Origin: Ophelia neglecta
Lineage: Eukaryota
DNA length: 64,000 nucleotides
Assembly (NCBI GenBank): GCA_965285935.1
Contig: OZ260662.1
Location: 85,374,001 to 85,438,000, forward strand
Direction of reading: 5' to 3'
Below, piece by piece: positions 12,331 through 22,552 of the stretch. The notes under the pieces are model-generated. The model had not been told where the DNA came from. It did no database searches and was given only the letters and a program-made list of their open reading frames with translations. Position 1 is the stretch's first letter. Every line of letters begins with the position of its first letter. A program made the position numbers and the translations under genes.

Positions 12331-13392
12331 TCTTTTGTGCCAACTAAAAACTACCATATTCACTACCTCGCCTTATGCCATGTTCCCCATTCGATTATTG
12401 CACGCATTCGCGGATATACCCCTTGCTGTCGGCCCCCCGACAGCGTTGGCCTAGTTAATATGACGTAGTGAGCTTGGATGTAGTTTAATTTAGTCCCATG
12501 CATAAATATAGTACGTCGGGAAACTGGAGACTGTGGCCAGATCGGCAGATGCTCTGATTGTAGAATATAATGGGTACTATTCGTGTGTTCGTGGGTGTAG
12601 GACAATGCTTAATTTATGGAAATTTCGTCAGTTTTCTGAATTGATGGCTGGTCTCAGTGTAGTACCCCTGGTAAGTGATATGCTGGTTACGCATGTGTAC
12701 ATAAAGGGGGTTACTTCAAAAAGCTAGGTCTACTGGATAAAAACACAACATAACCTACCCTGAATTTTTAATATACTGTGGACATTGCATGAAACTTTTG
12801 TGACAGCTAAGCAGCAAATTGCCCGAATCATTAGAAATATACGGAATCTATACGAATGTCATAATGACCACCAATGGAAAATGCATTAGTGTTTTAAAGC
12901 CTATTTGGAGATTTTGAGCAGTTTTTCGTTTTTTTTTCAATATTCGTAAACTCTATTTATTTTTACTATGACCCGCAATTCAGCCAGGAATACTTATTTC
13001 GTCATGTTTTAGTTCATGAAATGATATTTTGGGCCTAAAATAGAAATTAAATCAGTTATAATAAATATCGATTTTTCTTCACATTTTTTTGCAATTTTAT
13101 TTAAACTTTACATTGTGCTTAAAAGACTGATTATTCGGCTTTACAGTGGCATATTTGTGTTGCTTATATCCGCAAAAGTGACGTATCTATCAACCAAAAT
13201 CTACCATTACCCCATTTAAAAAATGAAGTTTCCTCGATTTTACCAGTACTAACTACAGAGCGTCCGGCAAAATTTTGCCGCGTACAGAGCGTGACACCAT
13301 CCCAAAAAAGATGCATCGGTCATGGAATAAAAATCGGAGGCCATCGGGATAAAGATTGAACATTATTTCCATTTTTATTCCTGTATAGCCTA

Positions 13393-13530
13393 TACTACTC
13401 TAATTATCATGGCGTAGTGATCTTGTATGTAGATGAATTAATTCCCATAAATATAGTGTGTCGGGAAATTCGAGAGTGTGGCCAAATCGGCTGAGGCATT
13501 GATTGTAAAATATATCGGGTAATATTCGTG
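13393..13530 (+). repeat. Diverged direct duplicate of 11156-11167 joined to 12456-12590 (uninterrupted paralog)
   Basis: CATAAATATAGT..GTCGGGAAA...GAGA.TGTGGCCA.ATCGGC.GA.GC..TGATTGTA.AATATA is shared by both segments. Confidence 0.8.
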
Positions 13531-14428
13531 TTTTTCTGCTGGTTTATCTGGATGACTGTATGAGGTTTTAGAAAAATTAAGTGATAACCCAAAAGCAAAA
13601 TAGAAAGCAGCGCTAACATGCAATAACGTGAGAACATAACTGCAGAGTTTTTTGTGTCCTATCTAAAACGTTACTTTACCTGTATGCCTATGGTTTGTGT
13701 CCAAACTAATAAAATACCTGAACCATTTATTACGTGCACGGTTTGAACGAGGCCTTGATATTTTCTGTGACATCAAATGCTTAATTTTGTCAGTGAATCT
13801 AGCGTATTTAAAACAAAAGAAGCAAGATTATCATCGCGAAACTTTGCTGAAACTTACCAGTGCCATAGCTGTCCATAAGCACCTGAACACAGATTAAATT
13901 TCTAAGCCTTCACGCGGCTATTTTGCTTAATGATAACGAGCGTTACCAACAGTCGGTGGAGCACTGTGAATAGCCTATCAAGCGACTTTTAAGGAGACCA
14001 ATGTGTAGATGTAGCATATCTATATGCTTCAGAAACTACACAGCAGTAATATGTACTGACGACTTCTCGCATGACCGACGCCTTTCGACACATCAGTTTC
14101 CACCAGAAGTGAAAACCCGATGTGTGTACAAATATCATTATACATATTGTTGTTACACCAAATTCACATATTCGTAATGCCACGGACCGACAGAACGGAA
14201 CGTGTAGGCCTACTGGTTACTTGCCCCCTCTGTGTCTAACATGTGCATTTGCTGCGTTTATACAGAAGGAGACGTAACAACAAATGGAGCATTCTGAAAT
14301 GTTTTCAAGGAGAATTAGGGGGCGTGAAACCCGCAAAATAAAACACTTGTTCGACTTATCTATTATTTCTGTGGTGTATTCCCGTTTGTTTTGTGGTCAG
14401 TGAGATGAGAAGTTCGACATGAGCTGAT

Positions 14429-15437
14429 ATGGCTAATTTGGTATTCAAACCGGAAAGGGGCTATAGATGCTACAGATGCTACAGATTTCGTATAGTATGG
14501 ACTGGTGTAATGTGCCTTTCATTGGCTATATTGATGTTCTATGTGTTCAGACATCCGTCAGTTGGAAAACACAGCAAAATACCTCGCATTATACACCAGT
14601 ACTGGGTCACCTACCAACTCCCTCCCGAAATAAATATAGGATGGCCACACTCCTTTCAGGAATTAAATCCGGACTGGCAGTACTGGTTCTGGTCAGAGGA
14701 GGACGTGCGCTGCTTCCTGCAGAGAGAATATCCACAGTTCCTTCCCTACTTTGACTTCCGGTTTGTGGGCGAGACTAGAGGTAGAGTTTTCCGAGCATTT
14801 GCCATGCGGTTTTTTGTCCTCCACCACTTTGGTGGTGTATATGCTGACCTAGATATAGAATGCTTGAAACCATTACACTTTTGGACGAACAAAAGTAGTT
14901 GTATCCTTCCGGAGGACAATCCTGTCCATTCTTACCTACTTTTAGGTAAATCCGAAGGGAACATTATAGACATTCTTATAGGGTGCGAACCTCAGCATCC
15001 ATTTTTAAGAGATTATAAAAGGAATCCCCGAGAGGATCAAAGAATTCGAAGTGTTAGCATTGGCCGGGCCTTTGATAATATCCGACATGTGGAAGAAATA
15101 CACAACATCAAAATCAGCATTTGATAATAGAGTAACCATTAGAAACAGCACATTATTTGTCCCTACATTTGATTCCTCAAACATAGTGAAAATAACTGAT
15201 ATATGTACAGTGCCAAGGGCTTATGCCTCTCTGTCATTACCGGCGAAAGTCGTCTGCGATGGCCTCCTGGCCACTAACTTTACGAATTCAGTAATGGCGG
15301 AGTCTTACACAAACCATCATTGGACACATACTGTTAATAACCCGGACTGGTCGTGGAATGAGAAGGAGGGGGTGCCTTTATCTAACTCTATACACAACTT
15401 TACTACGTACCAAATGATTTATGGTAGTTGTCAATAA
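14429..15437 (+). pseudogene. Intronless GT32-family (DxD; SUR1/OCH1/A4GNT-like) type II membrane glycosyltransferase, frameshifted at ~15008 (pseudogene or sequencing/assembly indel)
   Basis: N-terminal TM segment IVWTGVMCLSLAILMFYVF; motifs KIPRIIHQYW, NPDWQYWFWS, R..VL..FGGVYADLD, HPF. The +1 frame continues EIIKGIP...LAGP...YTNHHWTHT to TAA 15435-15437. AATAAA overlaps the stop. Confidence 0.85.
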
Positions 15438-18400
15438 AATTAATATGTTATCATGGAACCAAAACGAAGGAAAATTTTATAATTATTTTTTGATTTTTAT
15501 TGATCCAAAACTACTATGCAATATTTTATTGACCGGGAATTAAAGACAACACTTCCAGTCAGACAACTCTGATAACTGGTCGGTATACAAGCGTCCTTTC
15601 ATCACTTATCGAATTATGTGTTCTCTCATAAATTATCGGACTATGACTGTGTCATGGCGTACCATTTCCGGAGTGTGTCATCTCATAACTTCAAGGAGTA
15701 ACGCTATGGTGTTTCTCAGATGTTTAAAGTTATTGTTGTGGAGTTTCTCAGATTATCAATATGTGTAGTGGTGTTGATTTAATTGGCTCATTTAATAAAC
15801 TACATTCCACGTTTTCTTTGGGTGTACAATAACAATATGATGGAGGCAGAGACTTGGAGCGAGCATAGCAGTAAAAAATCTTTACGATATGAGAGCTAAA
15901 GATATCTCGAATATTTTTCCCAAAACAGGAGAAGATAAGCATAAACATTTTCTTAGCTTCATGTTATATAGGCGTTAGTACGGTCCTGTACATGTCTGAC
16001 AAAGCTCTTCAGAGCTCGTGTTACGTCCCACACCGCCACCAGCAACCAGTGCACCTTTTACCCTTTGTGCTCAGTTTCACAGTCCGGAGCCAGCATGTTG
16101 CACTCGGAAACTGACCCATTTGAAAACCTTAAAGCACACAGGTCCACATATGATCTGACATTCTATATTCTTGTTTTACATATTACATACACCCACTGTT
16201 ACCGTAGGAAGTTCGAAACGCAAACAACCTCCAGCTAAAATCGAAATTACTAAAAGGTTTACAATAATATTAAGCTTCACATAATGGGTCCGATTTTGAG
16301 ATAATATAAAAGTTAATCCCCTAGACAATACTGCGAATTGATACAAACAAGAAGGCGTTATTAGCCTCATCCAAATATTCTGGTTGAAGTTTACAAAATT
16401 TATGTCAATAAGATGTGCGCATGCGTTGGCGATAGGCCCTTTGCGCGCGCGTAGTTCACCCGCAAACAAATCTGTTTTAGCTCGAGATTTGTGCGGTTTT
16501 TATATGAATTCATCACAGGTGTTGTAGATTTAGACTTGATGGTACACTGTCGATATTTCATTCTCTTTATAGTTTATAAAGAATGAGGTAAAATCGTTCA
16601 TCCGCAGCGCCTAGCTCGTCATAGTAAATTACTAATCATTCCGCCAGTAATAGGACAGCTCAATCGAGGCGCAGCAGCCTCAGATCACACTAGATGCAAT
16701 TTTTTGTAAACTTCCGCCACCTTGTTGTGTGTTATTCATTATTCCGTCTAATTTCCTGAAGAAATTCAAATAGTTCCTGTGCTTTGGGCCTTCTTTGATT
16801 TGTATCCTACAGTTCAATGAAGCATTTATCACGAATGTCCAATGACAACATTACTGATTGCGGATTCTTACGAGAATTATTTTGTTTGGCGTTGTGAGCT
16901 TAGTTCCATTCGAGAAATTCATTGTGTGTAGCACATAAACAAAAATATAAATGTGTTTTATTCGTTTATTTCCTCTGCAACGTAATAAATCGTCAACACA
17001 AATTAGTGGAATTGATCACCGAAGCTCATCCGATATCCGCAAACTGGACAAAAAAACAAACAAAATCATGTCACCGGATTTTTCCAGGATGTTGTTAACT
17101 TAACACAGATGATTAAATGATTTAAAGAAGACTAACCCTTTTGGACCTCTAAAATCTGTAAGGCAAATCGCGCTGGAGTGGATTTTGCTGGGGGGATTTT
17201 TATGCGCTTTTGGAGATCTACGGAGACAATCCATACAGTACAATGACCTAAATTATCTAAAGACTGTGCATGATTTAAAAATCACACTTTTGGCTCCTCC
17301 TTTTTGACCAGTTTAGGGAGACTGAATGAGCTGTCTGTTACCTGTGCTATAGAGGGTCTCGTAATAATTCAAGCCTCTCGAATCATGCACACATTGTCAG
17401 TTTTGATATAATAATATGACACTAAACAAATTATCGTCTCTTTTTAGTCAACGAATGCGGTCACTTTCTATTTCCCCGCGTATAAGAAAATGTTGAGCTA
17501 TGAAGTATGGTAACGCATAGAAAGTATTAAACGGCATTAAGCAGTACGAATCAAGTAGTATTATATGTGATTCTTCTCCGTTGTCTGGTCTTCAGATATA
17601 CATCTCCGCTACTACTGTAGCACATTAGTGTGAAACAGTCATCCACGAGTTTAAGGTTATTGGCGTTAACGGCAGACTCAATCGCCAGGTGTCGCTACTG
17701 TTTGAATTTTTGCCACGATCTTCCTTAAACAGGGTTCTCAAATTGTGAAACCTAACTGTGCAAGAGCCAGTGAATTGTGGTCAGTTTCACACATGATGAG
17801 TTTCATTCATACGTTAATGACTGTGAGAAAGTTGGGAATCATTCAACAGATGGGCCTAACAACTAAAAGTTATTTCAAACTTAAATGGATACAACGTTTT
17901 TTAATTGCATGACAATCGCAATTTAAAAATTGCAAACCTTTAGTAAAGATTGATCGTTTGTCACTTACATTTGTGTGCGAAGAGTGGGAACAGATCAAAT
18001 TAAACGTTTGCTGTTTTATTGTCAAAACACCCATGTATATTTTTGATTTACATAGAGACGTACGGGCGTCGTCTATAACGCTCCAATGCTGGCTTAAGGA
18101 AGAAGTCAACCAAAACTCACCACTTTCACCACAGAAAGACACCACAAGGTAAACAGGATTGGTTTGATACAATATCATCTACAAAAAAAATGTTTGCTAC
18201 ATACATGGCAGAACACAGTATGAAACTACTATAAAAGTAAGCTCTAAGTGGAGATCTTGATTTGGGTGTTTTCAACCCAGCCTATGATTCGAACTGATGT
18301 AGTCATTCCTATCTGGGTAGATTTCTAATTGATACCATTATGCCTACTCGATTTCTATACAAATAAGCACATTGTTGGGATGAAACCCGTCTATGTACAT

Positions 18401-19034
18401 ATTACTTTTTTGAAAATTAACCTAAATTGATTGCTGTACATGTATATGCTTTCGGTGAGTATTTGTGTCTTTATTTATAGGCTTGGGGGGGGGGGGGGGA
18501 TTTACTACTTCAAGCACCCGAAATTCTAATACAAGGTTGTAATGAAACCAACCAAGATGTGAAGGATTCTATAATTATAAAAAAAAGCATTAAGTATTCA
18601 AAGTCAAATTTCAATGCAAGAATTTTGAAATTTAAAAAGAATCAATTCTGTGTAGTTATTTGTACACCACCTATAAGTCTAGTCATATTGCCTTATTGAA
18701 CGTTTTGTTTGAAAATAATTGGCTATTTTTTTTACGTTTGGAGAGTAACAACCACATAAGTTACGCAGAACGCAAGTTGATCCCGAAATAATTAAACATA
18801 TTAATTTAGTAAATTTAAGCTCCACCCCTCCCACTTTCACCGATTATAATGAGTGGTCCACTAGCCTAAGATCGTGGTTACGTAATTACACGTATTGCCC
18901 TATCGACGATAATTTTTTTTTAATTATTATTAACTTAATGAAAGACATTTTTAGATACACGCATAGATGTACTTTAGGGACTGGTTGTGGTTGCCCCTTA
19001 GAGTATTCAAGTTATTAACATAGGTAGCCTACCA

Positions 19035-21930
19035 ATTTCTAGAAATTCTTGTGGACAAGTAAATGTTAGTTTTAGGACCCGTCGTGGTTTCTAGTCATTC
19101 TCGTAGAGAGGTACTGTAAGTTTTGGGACCGGTCGTTGTTAGCCCCGAGAAATTTCTAGTCATTCTCGTGGGGAGGTACTGTCGGTCATGGTATGCCCTG
19201 AGAAGTTTCTAGTCATTCACATAGAGAGGTAGGCCTACTGTTAGTTTTGGGACCGGTCATGGTATGCCCTGAGAAGTTTCTAGTCATTCTCGTAGAGAGG
19301 TAGTGTTAGTAGTAAGCCCTGAGAAATTTCTAGTCATTCTCGTAGAGAGGTGGTGTTAGTTTTCGGACCAGTCATGGTAAGCCCTGAGAAGTTTCTAGTC
19401 ATTCTCGTAGAGAAGTACTGTTAGTTTTGGGACCGGTCGTGGTAAGCTCTTAGAAATTTCTAGTCATTCTCGGAGAGAGGTAGTGTTAGTAGTAAGCCCT
19501 GAGAAATTTCTAGTCATTCTCGTAGAGAGGTGGTGTTAATTTTCGGACCAGTCATGGTAAGCCCTGAGAAGTTTCTAGTCATTCACATAGAGAGGTACTG
19601 TTAGTTTTGGGACGCGTCATGATATGCCCTGAGAAGTTTCTAGTCATTCTCGTAGAGAGGTAGTGTTAGTAGTAAGCCCTGAGAAATTTCTAGTCATTCT
19701 CGTAGAGAGGTGATGTTAGTTTTCGGACCAGTCATGGTAAGCCCTGAGAAATTTCTAGCCATTTTCGTAGAGAGGTCCTGTTAGTTTGGAACCGGTCATG
19801 GTAAGCCCTGAAAAGTTTCTAATAATTCTCGTAGAGAGGTACTGTTAGTTTTGGGACCGGTCGTGGTAAGTCCTGAGAAGTCTCTAGTCATTCTCTTAGA
19901 GAGGTACTGTTAGTTTTGGAACCGGTCATGGTAAGCCCTGAGAAATTTCTAGTCATTCTCGTAGAGAGGAAGTGTTAGTGGTAAGCCCTGAGAAATTTCT
20001 AGTCATTCTCGTAGAGAGGTGGTGTTAGTTTTGGGACTCGTCGTGGTATGCCCTGCGAAAGTTCTAGTCATTCTCGTGGGGAGGTACTGTCGGTCATGGT
20101 ATGCCCTGAGAAGTTTCTAGTCATTCTCATAGATAGGTGGTGTTAGTTTTGGGACCGGTCGTGGTAAGCCCTGAGAAACTTCTAGTCATTCTCGTAGAGA
20201 GGTAGTGTTAATGGTAAGCCCTGAGAAATTTCTAGTCATTCTCGTAGAGAGGTGGTGTTAGTTTTCGGACCAGTCATGTTAAGCCCTGAGAAGTTTCTAG
20301 TCATTCTCATAGAGAGGTACTGTTAGTTTTGGGACCGGTCGTGGTAAGCCCTGAGAAATTTCTAGTCATTCTCGTAGAGAGGTAGTGTTAGTGGTAAGCC
20401 TTGAGTAATTTCTAGTCATTCTCGTAGAGAGGTGGTGTTAGTTTTCGGACAAGTCATGTTAAGCCCTGAGAAGTTTCTAGTCATTCTCGTAGAGAGGTAC
20501 TGTTAGTTTTGGGACCGGTCGTGGTAAGCCCTGAGAAATTTCTAGCCATTCTCGTAGAGAGGTGGTGTTAGTTTTCGGACCAGTCATGGTAAGCCCTGAG
20601 AAGTTTCTAGACATTCTCGTAGAGAGTTACTGTTAGTTTTGGGACCGGTCGTGGTTAGCCCTGAGAAGTCTCTAGTCATTGTCGTAGAGAGGTACTGTCA
20701 GCTTTGGGAAGTAAGCGGCCTGTTTAACCCTGAGTGGTTTCTAGTCATTCTCGTAGACGGGATATGTTATTTTCATGACCAGTTTTGACTAGCCGTGAGA
20801 GGATTCTATTCCTTCTCATGGCTAGCTAAGTTAGTTGTAAGACTTTGTGTGGTTAGAATTATCCCTTGGGGTTCCTAGTCATTCAGGCAGACATGTTACT
20901 GCTACTTTTTTGACCCCGTCTTGGATAGCCGTGAAAAGTTTTCTCATCTCATTTTCTGTTACTGTTAGTTTGAGACCGGTCAATGGTTAGCCCTGAGCTG
21001 ATTCAATTCACCCTCAAAGAAAGGTACTGCTACTTTTAGGATATGTTAGGATAAAAAACCTCGAGAGGCTGCTAGTCATTCTTCTAAAGAGGTACTGATA
21101 GAATGGACCCGTCGTCAATGCCTTGAAAGGTTTCTATAGTCATTCTCATAGACAGATCTGTGCATGTAGGCTCATGAATCGTCTTGGTAGGCACTGAAAC
21201 GTTACTATTCATTCTCATAGACATATATACATGTTCTACAAGTACCTGAATGGTCGTGATTAGCCCAGAGAGGTTTTAGTCTATCTCGTTTAGTTTTAGT
21301 TCTAGGACACGTCCTGGTTAGCCTTGAAAGGTTTCTAGTCATTCTCTTATAGACACGTTCCTGTCATTTTAGGACCCGCAGTGTTTGGTCTTTAGAAGTT
21401 TCTATGTATTCTCATACACAATACTGATAGTTTTAGGATCCTTCGTGGTTAGACCTGAGAGGTTTCTTGTCTCACTCTTAGTTTAAGGACCTGTCTTCTT
21501 GGCTGTGAGTGGTTTCTAGAATTCTCGTAGACAGGTACTATAAGTTTTGGGACTAGCCTGATGGCCCTGCGAGGCTTGAAGTCATTCTCATCTACGAGAG
21601 GTACTGTTAGTTTATGGATTCGTCTTGGTTAACCCTGAGATGTTCCTAGTCATTCTCAATGACAGGTACTAACGTTAGTACTTTAAGCTCGGGCGGTGGT
21701 TAACCCTTTGAGGCCTCTAGTCATAATCGTAGACAGGTAATGTTAGCTTTAGTACCCGTGATGGTTGGCCCTTAGAGCTTTCAGGTCTGTCTCGAAGGCA
21801 AGTGCTTTAGTTTAAAGACCCGTGGTGGCCGCCCCGGAGAGGTTTCTTGTCAGGCCTGTAGACAGAGGCTATTAGTTTAAGGACTTGTGGTTAGAGACTA
21901 ATAGTTTAAGGACTTGTGGTTAGCTCTATA
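19035..21930. repeat. Satellite array with 65-bp and 50-bp monomers; homogeneous core ~19140-20700, degenerate on both flanks
   Basis: AAGCCCTGAGAA(A/G)TTTCTAGTCATTCTCGTAGAGAGG recurs with spacings 65/65/50 (for example 20281, 20346, 20396, 20461). Confidence 0.95.
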
Positions 21931-22174
21931 AGAAGTTCTAACTAAACGTACCATGACCCGCTGACTATAGGTACTGACCCTAGGTAGTTCACGGGTTACT
22001 GGTACTTGGAATACTCGTCATCTTTGCCAATAGGGATAATTAACTAGGTTACTTGTCACTGGTTACTTGTCATGATTTACTTGTCTTTTACCATTACGAA
22101 TATAAACAAGCCCATCATACATACCTTGGTGGGTTGGTTATCGTTGTATTTCAAATTCCAGACGGTCAACGTTA

Positions 22175-22552
22175 GGTCACATAAAATAAATAAAATGAGT
22201 CTCAGGCACCGCCGGTACCCCTTGAGAGGCCCCGCACCCCATTTTCATTTCCGCTCTGAGAATAAAGTTAAAATGGCCGCACCTCATTTCACCCACCAAA
22301 TAAATTAATAAACGCCGCTCCAATCTTTTAAGTCACCGAAAATTCTCAGAAAACTGTTAGAAGTGCTTATAAACAGCCTGACTCACCCTATTGTACCGAT
22401 TTTTAAAAAATCCTGCCTCACCCCGCTGAGCAAACCGAAAATAAAGATGCCTCGTTCCCTTTTTGCGGAAAAATAATAAAAATAAAAACCTGCCACCCCT
22501 TTTCAGAATCTAAACTAAGAGCCTGAGAATCATTTATTAATTTTATGTGGTC
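22175..22552. mobile_element. PIF/Harbinger (Tourist-like) MITE, ~378 bp
   Basis: Imperfect ~33-bp TIRs GGTCACATAAAATAAATAAAATGAGTCTCAGGC / GCCTGAGAATCATTTATTAATTTTATGTGGTC, flanked by a TTA duplication (22172-22174 and 22553-22555); no coding capacity. Confidence 0.8.

Larger units (their letters stand above)
11168..12455 (+). mobile_element. Non-autonomous Helentron-associated element (HINE / DINE-1-like)
   Basis: 12-bp subterminal inverted repeat TATATCCGCGAA (11168-11179) / TTCGCGGATATA (12407-12418); 5' hairpin ATATCCGC-gaaat-GCGGATAT; (GCC)n microsatellite near the 5' end; internal tandem arrays; 3' hairpin GCTGTCGG-cccc-CCGACAGC (12425-12444) followed by CTAGT; inserted at a TT. Confidence 0.85.

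Noticed and set aside
19035-21930. CRISPR-like appearance of the 65/50-bp array
   Set aside because: The segments between repeats are themselves repeated rather than unique spacers; eukaryotic context; no cas genes.
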